From the NCBI GenBank assembly GCA_964016885.1, contig OZ024749.1, positions 9,734,001 through 9,798,000 on the forward strand: 64,000 nucleotides of DNA, given 5' to 3'. The notes beneath the pieces are model-generated. The model worked only from the letters and a program-made list of their open reading frames with translations. It ran no database searches and was not told where the DNA came from. The stretch's first letter is position 1. Each line of letters opens with the position of its first letter. This document shows, piece by piece, positions 27,901-40,334 of the stretch. Made by a program: the position numbers and the translations under genes. The stretch is from Eledone cirrhosa. Taxonomy: Eukaryota.

Positions 27901-30900
27901 TCTGACATGTCCTGGGAGGTGTTAGATGGACACACTAAGAGTCTAATGGGTCTTCCATCTGTCCTGGGAGGTGTTAAATGGACACACAAAGAGTCTAATG
28001 AGCCTGCTATCTGTCCTGGGAGGTGTTAGATGGACACACAAAGAGTCTAATGGGTCTGTCATCTCTCCTGGGTGGTGTTAGATGGACACACCAAGAGTCT
28101 AATGGGTCTGTCATCTGTCCTGGGAGGTGTTAGATGGACACACCAAGAGTCTAATGGGCCTACAGTCTGACCTGGGAGGTGTTAGATGGACACACAAAGA
28201 GTCTAATGAGTCTGTCATCTGTCCTGGCAGGTGTTAGATGGACACACCAAGAGTCTAATGGGTCTACAGTCTGTCCTGGGAGGTGTTAGATGGACACACC
28301 AAGAGTCTAATGGGTCTGACATCTGTCCTGGGAGGTGTTAGATGGACACACCAAGAATCTAATGGGCCTACAGTTTGACCTGGGAGGTGTTAGATGGACA
28401 CACAAAGAGTCTAATGGGTCTGTCATCTGTCCTAGGTGGTGTTAGATGGACACACCAAGAGTCTAATGGGTCTGTCATCTGTCCTGGGAGGTGTTAGATG
28501 GACACACCAAGAGTCTAATGGGCCTACAGTCTGACCTGGGAGGTGTTAGATGGACACACAAAGAGTCTAATGAGTCTGTCATCTGTCCTGGGAGGTGTTA
28601 GATGGACACACCAAGAGTCTAATGGGTCTACAGTCTGTCCTGGGAGGTGTTAGATGGACACACCAAGAGTCTAATGGGTCTACAGTCTGTCCTGGGAGGT
28701 GTTAGATGGACACACAAAAAGTCTGTAGTGACCTACATTCCGCGGGCTCACATACATTCTCTGTGCGTGATTTGGCTCAGTTCAAGAGGATGTATCCCTA
28801 CGTGCCCTGAGGAAGAAATTCCCCGTGAAGATTTGAAGAATCTCTCTCTTGTACCAGAAACTTCGAGCCAGCAACACGCATAATGTAACAGTGAGATATT
28901 GCACCCATAGCCTCGCTGGCTTAACGGCGCAGTGGCACATTCCCTTTTGTGACCTCTTTTTGTCTGTAACTTCAACCATATAAATAAACATACATTTCAT
29001 CTCTAATTACTGCTGTTGAAATCATTATGTTACTCGTGTCTCAATAACATCTATAATCCATGCTGCTGGAATTGGCGACCTGACGAAAGGAATATTGTAA
29101 ATAGATGGTAAATAGATCGAGGGACCTTCCCTCACGTCTATGTCAACAAGATAATCCAACGAGGATACTATCACTTACCACACTGGCAACTAACGACCTT
29201 CAATCATCTACCCTGTTAAAGTAACGAACACTGATTCTACCACCCTGCTAAAGTGGCGACTACTCGATAGCCAATACTGCTAAAAGTCTAATGGGCCTAC
29301 AGTCTGTCCTGGGAGGTGTTAGATGGACACACAAAGAGTTTAATGGGTCTGACATCTGTCCTGTGAGGTGTTAGATGGACACACAAAGAGTCTAAAGGAT
29401 CTGCCATCTGTCCTGGGAGGTGTTAGATGGACACACCAAGAGTCTAATGGGTCTACAGTCTGTCATGGGAGGTGTTAGATGGACTCACAAAGAGTCTAAT
29501 GGGTCTGACATCTGTCCTGGGAGGTGTTAGATGGACACACCAAGAGTCTAATAGGTCTACAGTCTGTCCTGGGGAGTGTTAGATGGACACACCAAGAGTC
29601 TAATGGGTCTACAGTCTGTCCTGGGAGGTGTTACATGGACACACCAAGAGTCTAATGGCTCTACAGTCTGTCCTGGGAGGTGTTAGATGGACTCACAAAG
29701 AGTCTAATGGCTCTACAGTCTGTCCTGGGAGGTGTTAGATGGACACACAAAGAGTCTAATGGGTCTGACATCTGTCCTGGGAGGTGTTAGATGGACACAC
29801 CAAGAGTCTAATGGGTCTGACATCTGTCCTGGGAGGTGTTAGATGGACACACAGAGTCTAATGGGTCTGCCATCTGTCCTGGGAGGTGTTAGATGGACAC
29901 ACCAAGACTCTAATGGGCCTACAGTCTGTCCTGGGAGGTGTTAGATGGACCCACCAAGACTCTAATGGGTCTACAGTCTGTCCTGGGAGGTGTTAGATAG
30001 ACCCACCAAGACTCTAATGGGCCTACAGTCTGTCCTGGGAGGTGTTAGATGGACCCACCAAGACTCTAATGGGTCTACAGTCTGTCCTGGGAGGTGTTAG
30101 ATGGACCCACCAAGACTCTAATGGGCCTACAGTCTGTCCTGGGAGGTGTTAGATGGACCCACCAAGACTCTAATGGGTCTACAGTCTGTCCTGAGAGTTG
30201 TTAGATGGACCCACCAAGACTCTAATGGGTCTACAGTCTGTCCTGGGAGGTGTTAGATGGACCCACCAAGACTCTAATGGGCCTACAGTCTGTCCTGGGA
30301 GGTGTTAGATGGACCCACCAAGACTCTAATGGGTCTACAGTCTGTCCTGGGAGGTGTTAGATGGACCCACCAAGACTCTAATGGGCCTACAGTCTGTCCT
30401 GGGAGGTGTTAGATGGACCCACCAAGACTCTAATGGGCCTACAGTCTGTCCTGGGAGGTGTTAGATGGACCCACCAAGACTCTAATGGGTCTACAGTCTG
30501 TCCTGGGAGGTGTTAGATGGACCCACCAAGACTCTAATGGGCCTACAGTCTGTCCTGGGAGGTGTTAGATGGACCCACCAAGACTCTAATGGGTCTACAG
30601 TCTGTCCTGGGAGGTGTTAGATGGACCCACCAAGACTCTAATGGGCCTACAGTCTGTCCTGGGAGGTGTTAGATGGACACACCAAGAGTCTAATGGGTCT
30701 GGCATCTGTCCTGGGAGGTGTTAGATGGACCCACCAAGAGTCTAATGGGTCTACAGTCTGTCCTGGGAGGTGTTAGATAGACACACCAAGAGTCTAATGG
30801 GTCTGACATCTGTCCCGGGAGGTGTTAGATGGACACACAAAGAGTCTAATGGGTCTGCCATCTGTCCTGGGATGTGTTAGATGGATACACAGAGAGTCTA

Positions 30901-30940
30901 ATGGGTCTGCCATCTGTCCTGGGAGGTGTTAGATGGACCC
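24940..30940. repeat. 52-bp tandem satellite, ~105 copies, interrupted by an insertion
   Basis: Unit CTGTCCTGGGAGGTGTTAGATGGACACACCAAGAGTCTAATGGGTCTGCCAT. Confidence 0.97.
28724..29283. mobile_element. ~560-bp insertion in the satellite, possibly a solo-LTR-like element
   Basis: Flanked by duplicated (AA)AAGTC; begins TGTAG; internal AATAAA. Confidence 0.6.
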
Positions 30941-31999
30941 ACTATGTGTCCAGAAAGGAGCAACTCTTAACAATAACCTACTATTGAAGGTGTTCAGAAC
31001 CACACTCTGGAGCACAGCTCTGGACACTTTACAATAAAAATACAAATACTGACATAAAAATAATTGTTTCTACTTTAGGCACAAGGTCAGCAATTTGATG
31101 GGGAGGGAAAATTCGATTAAATCGATCCCAGTGCTTTACTGGTACTTTATTTTATCGACCCCGTAAGAATGAAATGCAAAGCTAACCTTGGCAGGATTTG
31201 ATTACAACATAAAGGGCCATAACTCTATGCTGCAAAGCATGGTGTCTGACGCTCTACCGATACTGACAATCCCCCAATCAAAAATACCAAAGGTCTCCAA
31301 ATTCTTGGATTGGATTGTTTTGTTGTTGCGTTGTGTTGCGTTGCGTTGCGTTTTGTTGTGTTGTTTTGTTTTGTTGTTTTGTGTTGTGTTGTGTTGTTTT
31401 GTGTTGTGTTGTTTTGTTGTGTTGTTTTGTGTTGTGTTGTTTTGTTTTGTGGTTTTGTGTTGTGTTGTGTTGCGCTGCGTTGCGTTGCGCACTAAGAAGG
31501 GCATCCAGCCATAGAAAACCAGCAAGAAACAGTCCTATATGAACGAGACAGGGTCACCGACACAGCTTGCCTCTAAATGGGACAAACCCATCTAACTCAT
31601 GCTAGAGTGGAAGATAGATGTTAAACGATGATGATGATGATATATGTATATATGTGTGTGTGTGTATACATGCATTTATATGCAAACACACACATACACA
31701 CACATACATATGTACACGCTGTAAAGTGGTTGGTGATAGGAAGGGCATAAAAACTGAGCCAAGATATGAAAAGCACGACCAATATGATTCTCACTAATTG
31801 TGTACATAGGGCTAACACTAGCCATGTTAGTGCTGCACATGTTAGTGGGGTAGCTAGATTAGTGGGGTGGCTAGAGTGGTGGGGTGGCTAGATTAGTGGG
31901 GTGGCTAGATGTGCAAGAACCCCTCAACTGTCATCAAGCAATCGAACAACCACTTTTCCTTTCAGGTACTTAGAACCTCTACCCAAGAAAGTAACAACA

Positions 32000-32270
32000 A
32001 ACTGTCATGGTAGAAATCTCAGAATTGCCACCCTCAAAGTTGGTAACCTGAAAGGTAAATCAGGTGAAATTGTGGAACTGTTAGAGAGAAGAGAAGTAGG
32101 TGTACAGTGTGTACATGAGGTGAAATGGAGGGGTGCCTTAGCAAGATTACTGACAGGCAATAGAAACAAGAGAAATACAAACTTTACTGGGTAGGAAATG
32201 ACGATGGGTAGGAAGGGTAGGTAATCTTAGTAGGTGAGAAATGTTTAGATGAGGTGAGAGGTAGAGTAAG
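32000..32270 (+). mobile_element. RTE LINE AP-endonuclease N-terminal fragment
   Basis: LRIATLKVGNLKGKSGEIVELLERREVGVQCVHEVKWRG. Confidence 0.8.
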
Positions 32271-32310
32271 GGATACAATTATTAATTAATGATTTTAAAA
32301 TGTTTTACAG

Positions 32311-32415
32311 GGAGAACATTATGTGAACTTTCCAGGAAAGATATGTGACCGAACTATGCTGAATGTATTTGGTTCTGTTCATAAAGACAACCGATTTATT
32401 TATGATGGGTTACAG
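32311..32415 (+). CDS. Antisense-strand paralogue of EFHC2 exon 5 (GEHYVNFPGKICDRTMLNVFGSVHKDNRFIYDGLQ)
   Basis: TGTTTTACAG acceptor, GTAACA donor, exactly 105 nt, open frame, 16/35 aa identical to exon 5. Host transcript unknown. Confidence 0.7.
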
Positions 32416-33173
32416 GTAACAACTCTTTTAAACATACACACTACTTTATGTTGTTTAACTCCAGGTGGGCTCTGATACAGCAGATCTAGGGATAAAGACA
32501 TTCCAACTTGTACACCTTTTTTTTTTTCAGACATTATTTAACATATTTATACCAAAACTTCCATGATACAAAACTTTGTTTTAAATCATTTATCTGTATC
32601 AAAAAATCTTCCATCATAATTTTATGCAAGAACCTTTATTAAGTTATTCTCCAATCTCCAGTCCGATAATGAGAAAGTTAGCTACATTACGAAATTTCTC
32701 CAAATTACTGAATATTTCCAAAATTATTTGTAAATCCCAGACAGTTTGTTATTAGAAATATGGTGATGAAAGGGTTAAAGTATTTATATTTATGGTGTCG
32801 TCAAACACTTCTTCCAGCAGGTCCTGTCAGAAGCAACTCTCTCCAAGTGTGACCAGCCAAGCTCATGGCTGTTATCCAACCATCTTGCTCTGGGTCTCCT
32901 ACCTGTTGGTTTTGCTTGTAAAATCTGTCCAGAGATTCTTTCCTGAGACATTCTAACCATATGCCCATAGAATCAGCGCTGTGATCTCTTAATCTTATGT
33001 AGAAACCTTTGTTAAGTTATGTTCCAAACACTAGTTTAATAATGAGAAAGTTAGTTATATTACTAAATATTTCCAAATTGCTGAATATTTTCAGAATTAT
33101 TTGATAAGAATAGTCCAAGTTATTAGAAATATGATGAAGAATATGTTAAGGTCAGTAAAAGCCAGCAACTTAC

Positions 33174-33370
33174 CTGCTCTGGCCTTGTTTCCATGTAGTT
33201 CACAGCATATTCATCTATATCAGTTATAATAAACTGATGCTTTACAAACTGGACAATATTACCAACATATAAGTCTTCAGCTAAATAATATTTCGATGGT
33301 TCAACAGTGAATTTCTCTTCATCAGGTTTCTTCACACGACTCCGTTCCAAGAACTTTCCACCAATAAAAC
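33174..33370 (-). CDS. EFHC2: EFHC2 coding exon 8 (FIGGKFLERSRVKKP...DLYVG...DIDEYAVNYMETRPEQ)
   Basis: CAG acceptor, GTAAGT donor, 197 nt, phase 1 to 0. Confidence 0.95.
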
Positions 33371-33769
33371 CTGGACAATATTGATGGAAAGAAGAAAGTA
33401 GTAGAAAATAGAATGGAATAGATTTCTGTTTTGATGTTCAGTGTGTCAGTTGTTCAACACCCCTCCCCTTTCTCCTCATCCTCCTCCTCCTCATCCTCAT
33501 CTCGTCATCCTCCTCAATATTGTTATTATTATTATTTTATTGGCAGTATCGGTAGAGGGTCGGACGTCATGCTTTGACGCAAAGAGTTATGGCCCTTGCC
33601 ATTCTGAGTTCAAATCCCGCCGAGGTTAACTTTGCCTTTCATCCTTACGGAGTCGATAAAATAAAGTACCAGTAATTCACTGGGTAATTGCTGGCCTTGT
33701 GCCAAAAAGTAGAAACAATTATAATTAACATGCTTTGCAGCATAAAGTTACAGCCCTTTACAACAATAA

Positions 33770-34060
33770 AAGCAACAACAACAGCAACAACGACAACAAC
33801 AATAGCAACAACAACAACAACAGCAACAATTGCAGCAACAACAACAACAACAACAATAGCAACAACAACAATAGCAACAATAGCAGCAACAACAACAACA
33901 ATTGCAGCAACAACAATAGCAACAAAAACAACAACAACAATAGCAGCAACAACAATAGCAACAAAAACAACAACAACAATAGCAGCAACAACAATAGCAA
34001 CAAAAACAACAACAACAATAGCAACAAAAACAACAACAACAACAACATTACAACAACCAA
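33770..34060. repeat. (AAC/AGC)n compound microsatellite
   Basis: Direct reading. Confidence 0.9.
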
Positions 34061-34132
34061 ATTTCAAAGTCAACGAAACAACAAAAACAAAAGCTACCAA
34101 TGCTATGAAGGTGAAATGAGAAATATAATTAC

Positions 34133-34444
34133 CTGAGTTGTTAATTACAGGTTCAAAGATGGATATGGTGTCATCAGACAGGTAATAATTAATTATAAAG
34201 TTCCTCTCTTTATCGGCAGGTAGAAAAGGGTTTCTCAGTTTGGCGAGGAACCTCAAAATGTTGCTGTTGAACCCTGCTCTGTCGTATTTCATGAATTTAA
34301 TGAAATCTTTCTGTGGAACTTTTGGAATTATTGACCGACAATTACTGAGGGAATCTTCCTCACTTCCGAAGCCATTGTAAGGCGGTAGAGCAACCGTCAA
34401 TGGGACACTGACTTTAGCTTCCTGTTTCAATGGTGTGAACTTTT
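34133..34444 (-). CDS. EFHC2: EFHC2 coding exon 7 (...PPYNGFGSEEDSL...SNILRFLAKL...YYLSDDTISIFEPVINNSG), DM10 domain 3
   Basis: CAG acceptor, GTAATT donor, 312 nt, phase 1 to 1; PPYNGFGSEEDSL is a hallmark motif. Confidence 0.95.
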
Positions 34445-34709
34445 CTGTGAATGGTGGTAGTAGTGGTGTTGGTGGTAGTGGTGGAAGGGTAGTGTTGTTG
34501 ATGGTAGGGAGGGGGTAGTGTTGTTGTTGATGGTAGTAGTGGTGGGGGGGGGTATTTTGGGGATGGGTGTAGTGTTGTTGTTGTTGGTGGCGGTGGTGTT
34601 GGTGGTGGTGGTGGTGGTAGTGGTAGTGGAAGGGTTGTGTTGTTGAGAGAAAATGAAAAAGAAAGAAAATAGTATCATTAGTTAAATGTAGAGCTGAATA
34701 ATTATATTG

Positions 34710-36002
34710 ATGTTATATAACAGTTATATAACTGTTATATAGCTGGTATATAGCTGTTATATAGCTGTTATATAATATCTATATAACAGTTCTATAACAG
34801 CTATATAACTGTTATATAACTGGTATATAGATGTTATATAACTGTTATATAGATGTTCAATAACAGTTATATAGATGTTATATAACTGTTATATAGCTGT
34901 TCAATAACTGTTATATAGATGTTGTATAACTGTTTTATAGCTGATATGTAGCTGTTATATAACTGTTATATAGCTGGTATATAACAGTTTATAGCTGTTA
35001 TATAGATGTTATATAACTGTTATATAGGACAGACACTGGTCTCTTGGAGATGCAGGAAATGGCAGCGATGATGATGGACAGAGACCACTGGAGAGAACTC
35101 GTCCATGGATCTCGGGAATTTTACCCGCCCTAGATAGATATTTATATAGCTTTTATATCGTCATATAGCTGTTATATCATTGTATAGATGTTATATAGCT
35201 GTTCTATAACTGTTATATAGCTGTATAGTTGTTATGTAGCTGTATGGGTGCTATATAGCTCGTCTATATCTACTCTATAGCTGTATGGGTGCTGTATAAT
35301 TCGTCTATAGCTACTCTATAGCTGTATGGGTGCTGTATAGCTCGTCTATAGCTACTCTATAGCTGTATGGGTGCTGTATAGCTCGTCTATAGCTACTCTA
35401 TAGCTGTATGGGTGCTGTATAGCTCGTCTATAGCTACTCTATAGCTGTATGGGTGCTGTATAGCTCGTCTATATCTACTCTATAGCTGTATGGGTGCTGT
35501 ATAGCTCGTCTATAACTACTCTGTAGCTGTATGGGTGCTATATAGCTCATCTATAGCTGTATGGGTGCTATATAGCTCGTCTATAACTACTCTGTAGCTG
35601 TATGGGTGCTGTATAGCTCGTCTATATCTACTCTGTAGCTGTATGGGTGCTGTATAGCTCGTCTATATCTACTCTATAGCTGTATGGGTGCTATATAGCT
35701 CGTCTATAACTACTCTGTAGCTGTATGGGTGCTGTATAGCTCGTCTATAGCTGTATGGGTGCTATATAGCTCGTCTATAACTACTCTATAGCTGTATGGG
35801 TGCTATATAGCTCGTCTATAACTACTCTGTAGCTGTGTGGGTGCTATATAGCTCGTCTATAACTACTCTATAGCTGTATGGGTGCAATATAGCTTGTCTA
35901 TAACTACTCTATAGCTGTATGGGTGCTATATAGCTCGTCTATAACTACTCTATAGCTGTATGGGTGCTATATAGCTCGTCTATAACTACTCTATAGCTGT
36001 AT
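34710..36002. repeat. Short GCTGTTATATA repeats grading into a 41-bp minisatellite
   Basis: Unit TAGCTGTATGGGTGCTGTATAGCTCGTCTATAGCTACTCTA from ~35220. Confidence 0.9.
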
Positions 36003-36374
36003 GAATACATTCCTTAAACTATCTGATTAACCCTTTTGAATATGAAGGATTTAGTAATATAACTTTCTCATTGTCAAGTTATTGTTTGGAACATAACTTA
36101 ACAAAAGTTCTTACATAGAATTAAGATGGTATGCAAGCATGAAAAAATGGATGTAAAACATGATAATGATGGTGATGGTGACGATGACGACGGCGATGAT
36201 GATGATGATGCTGATGATGATCATGGTGTCAATGATGATGATGATGATTGTGATAGTGGTAGTGATTATGGTGGTGGTGATGATGATGAGATGATGGCGG
36301 TCGTGGTAATGATGGTGATGGTGGTGGTGATGATCACAATACATTTACCAGCGACCAAAGTGTACCAAACTTAC

Positions 36375-36513
36375 CAATCCCAAAATTAGTCTTATAATAT
36401 TCCTTGGTGAAGTCATCGCAGTCACAAAGGAGGAATGGTCGCCCATAAACATCAATAATGTCTCCAAGATGGAGGTCAGAGGCGTGGTAGTAAGGTATCT
36501 CTAGTTCACCTGT
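36375..36513 (-). CDS. EFHC2: EFHC2 coding exon 6 (TGELEIPYYHASDLHLGDIIDVYGRPFLLCDCDDFTKEYYKTNFGI)
   Basis: CAG acceptor, GTAAGT donor, 139 nt, phase 0 to 1. Confidence 0.95.
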
Positions 36514-36582
36514 CTGGACCAATGGAATCAATAGATATTAATCACATGACATACAGGAAAGACACACTACAGGGTCACTTAA

Positions 36583-37405
36583 CCCTTTAGCGTTCAAACC
36601 AGCCAGAATTCTCTCACCTCTTTCTGTTCAAACCAGCTGTAACCGGCCAGAATTCTCTCACCTCTCTCTATACAAACCAGCTATATCCAGCCAGAATTCT
36701 CTCACCTCCTTCTGTTCAAACCAGCTGTAACCGGCCAGAATTCTCTCACCTCTCTCTATACAAACCAGCTATATCCAGCCAGAATTCTCTCACCTCCTTC
36801 TGTTCAAACCAGCTGTATCCAGCCAGAATTCTCTCACCTCCTTCTGTTCAAACCAGCTGTAACCGGCCAGAATTATCTCACTTCCTTCTGTTCAAACCAG
36901 CTGTAACCGGCCAGAATTCTCTCACCTCCTTCTGTTCAAACCAGCTGTAACCGGCCAGAATTCTCTCACCTCCTTCTGTTCAAACCAGCTGTAACCGGCC
37001 AGAATTCTCTCACCTCCTTCTGTTCAAACCAGCTGTAACCGACCAGAATTATCTCACCTCTTTCTGTTCAAACCAGCTGTAACCGGCCAGAATTCTCTCA
37101 CCTCCTTCTGTTCAAACCAGCTGTAACCGGCCAGAATTATCTCACCTCTTTCTGTTCAAACCAGCTGTAACCGGCCAGAATTCTCTCATCTCTTTCTGTT
37201 CAAACTAGCTGTAACCGGCCAGAATTCTCTCATCTCTTTCTGTTCAAACTAGCCATATCCGGCCAGAATTCTCTCACCTCCTTCTGTTCAAACCAGCTGT
37301 AACCGGCCAGAATTCTCTCACCTCCTTCTGTTCAAACCAGCTGTAACCAGCCAGAATTCTCTCACCTCCTTCTGTTCAAACCAGCTGTAACCGGCCAGAA
37401 TTCTG
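36583..37405. repeat. 44-bp satellite grown from a piggyBac-type MITE end
   Basis: Starts TTAA-CCCTTTAG; unit CCAGAATTCTCTCACCTCCTTCTGTTCAAACCAGCTGTAACCGG. Confidence 0.9.
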
Positions 37406-37613
37406 GTGGTGGTAGACAACCTACTGACAACTGAAATTCTTTAAACCTCTCAATAAGCTTCAGTGTGTACCACAAGAGTTAGGTCTACCTACAACCACCC
37501 TACAATGTACCCACAGCTACAGCTTGACATACCTATTCAACACCCACTAATGCCCTCTCAATATACTCCTACCATTACAGCTAATCCTATAAACACCTAT
37601 CCCAGTAATTTAA

Positions 37614-37821
37614 CCCTTTACCACTCCCATTACTCTGTATTTACTATTGTATTTTCACATAAAAGGTTTTATCTCACATAATATCGAATCTATGAGATTT
37701 TGATATTATTTATTTTGAGAACAATACCTTAACATCGATATAAGTGGCCGGTTACAGCCGGTTTGAACAGAAAGAGGTGAAAGAATTCTAGCCGGATATA
37801 GCCAGTTTAAATGTTAAAGGG
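37614..37821. mobile_element. piggyBac-type MITE, full length
   Basis: TTAA-CCCTTTA...TAAAGGG-TTAA. Confidence 0.8.
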
Positions 37822-38079
37822 TTAAACTAAAATAAACTAGTCATCACTTGAAATTGTATGACTTGATAGTGTGTACCATGGTTTTGTTAAGGGGCTTAGG
37901 TGCCCATATAGCCATGGGCAGACACAGACACACTTTCAATTTGCCCTTCTTTGATCCATTTGTGGATCAAAGTAACACAATAGTCACAGTTACTTGTCCA
38001 AGATGTACTGTCCACATACAACCATCCTGTGTGTAGAACAAAAATAGTCTGTCCCAAGCCTGAGGCTCATCAATGCTTA

Positions 38080-38462
38080 TCCTGGTCTTGTCGCCATTGA
38101 GAAGCTGTGAGTACATAACTTCTCACTGGACATTGGTCTTGTGAGGCAGCTGAGAGTACATAACTTCCCACTGGACACTGGTCTTGTGAGGCAGCTGAGA
38201 ATACATAACTTCTCACTGGACACTGGTCTTGTCGAGGCAGCTGAGAATACATAACTTCTTACTGGACACTGGTCTTGTCGAGGCAGCTGAGAATACATAA
38301 CTTCCCACTGGACACTGGTCTTGTCGAGGCAGCTGAGAATACATAACTTCCCACTGGACACTGGTCTTGTGAGGCAGCTGAGAATACATAACTTCTCACT
38401 GGACACTGGTCTTGTCGAGGCAGCTGAGAATACATAACTTCTTACTGGACACTGGTCTTGTC
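38080..38462. repeat. 45-46-bp minisatellite
   Basis: Unit CTGGACACTGGTCTTGTCGAGGCAGCTGAGAATACATAACTTCCCA; the motif resumes at ~39218 after the LINE. Confidence 0.9.
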
Positions 38463-39215
38463 GACATTGAACAGCTGTATATAGCTATGGTGCCGCTACA
38501 CTTAGAATTTTCATCACCAGTCTGGAACCCCTATCTTGCTCAGAACATTGACCTCCTGGAAACTGTTCAGAGACGTGCAACCAAGCAAAATCCCTCCATC
38601 AGGCATCTACCATACTCTGAATGCCCTTTCTCCCGTGGCATGGCTATATTGAAGCTCTGACGTCTGGCAACTGACTTGGTAAACACCCACAAAATTATTA
38701 ACCATCTTTCCAACAACCCTGAGCACTGTTTTAATTTCCATGTGTCTAACACACGTGGACACTTACAAAATCAGAAAACAGCACAGCTCCCATGACTTTC
38801 AGAAACATTTTTTCTTGCTCAGAGTTGCTGAAGCATGGAACAAACTACCTGCATCAGTTGTTAGCTGTTGAGACACTGCATCCTTTAAAACCTCCATGGA
38901 ACAAACTACCTGCATCAGTTGTTAGCTGTCAGGACACTGCATCCTTTAAAACCTCCATGGAACAAACTACCTGCATCAGTTGTTAGCTGTTGAGACACTG
39001 CATCCTTTAAAACCTCCATGCTTCCTGAGATTTGCCAACACTACACCTGATATCCCTCCCTCCATACACACGCACACATGTATATCATGACTCATACACA
39101 GTTCACTTTCTTGACATTTGTACATTATTCTATGTACTATATATATGCACCTTTGATGAGTTGTAGTGCACCTGAGCACTGTACACAATAATTTCATTAC
39201 TATCATTATTTTTAT
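38463..39215 (+). mobile_element. CR1/L2-type LINE 3' end
   Basis: LYIAMV..HLEFSSPVWNPYL.QNIDLLETVQRRATK; ATT-rich tail; internal ~57-bp triplication. Confidence 0.85.
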
Positions 39216-39794
39216 TATAACTTCCCACTGGACAGAATACTAGTAGATACATCACTCGGTGCCCATCCCCCAGCTACTGCTGGTCCTCATTTTTAGCAGA
39301 GTATACTAGAGAAAAGCATTGAAGGCGTGTGGGTTTGTGGTTAGAGTGTTTGGCTCACAATCATATGGTTGTAAGTTTGATTCCTAGCAGTGCATTGGGT
39401 TCTTGAGCAAGACACTTTATTTCACGTTGCTCCAGTCCACTCAGCTGGCAAAAATGAGTTGTACCTGTAGTTCGAAGGGACAGCCTTGTCACATTCTGTG
39501 TCACGCTGAATCTCCCTGAAAACTACAGTAAGAGTACACGTGTCTGTGGAATGCTCAGTCACTTGCATGTTAATTTCAAAAGCAGGCTGTTCCATTGATT
39601 GAATCAACTGGAACACTTGTTGTAACCGACAGAGTGCCAGTTACTGGAGCAATGTGAAATGAAATGTTTTGCTTAAGAACTCAACACACAACGTGGCCCA
39701 GGACTCAAACTCATGACATTAAGATTGTAAGTCCAACACCTTAACCCCTAGGCCACAAGCCTTTACAATTTGACAATACAATGTTGACAGTTAC

Positions 39795-39899
39795 CTTTAA
39801 GCTATCCAGAATGTAACGTCCTTTGGAATGCATCGAACCAAACACATTTAATACTGTGCGGTCAACCATTTGACCAGGTAGTGGCAGCCCGTCTGTTAT
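39795..39899 (-). CDS. EFHC2: EFHC2 coding exon 5 (ITDGLPLPGQMVDRTVLNVFGSMHSKGRYILDSLK)
   Basis: CAG acceptor, GTAACT donor, 105 nt, phase 0 to 0. Matches the EFHC2 PGQITDRAVLN segment. Not in the ORF track. Confidence 0.92.
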
Positions 39900-40056
39900 C
39901 TGGTGGGGAAATGGGACACAGTTGATTAGTCATTGAACAGGAAATAGGAGGGTGAGTGGAGGAGGTAGAGGAGGAGGAGGAAGAAGAAGAGCAACAACAA
40001 CAACAACAACAACAACAACAACTACAACTACAACAACTGAAGAGGTTTTCACTAAC

Positions 40057-40308
40057 TTTTGGTAGTTTTCCTCTCTTGATAAAGACAGAAGTTGGGTGTC
40101 GTCCACTGTTGGGGTGGATGTCTTCGTGGATCTCAATAGTATCATCAGAGAGGAAGTAGAGCAGAACCATATTGTGAGGGTCACCAAACATTGCATCAGA
40201 ATTATCCCAAAGACAGAAGAAACGAAGGACATGACGGTCATGGGCCAGGAACTGTTTTAGGGTGTCAACTTTTTGGTAGGGTCGCAACGGTTGTTGGCAG
40301 CCATCAAC
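40057..40308 (-). CDS. EFHC2: EFHC2 coding exon 4 (VDGCQQPLRPYQKVDTLKQFL...LRFFCLWD...YFLSDDTIEI...RGKLPK), DM10 domain 2
   Basis: AAG acceptor, GTTAGT donor, 252 nt, phase 0 to 0. Confidence 0.93.
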
Positions 40309-40334
40309 CTTTTTAAAGAGAGAAGACAGGGAGT

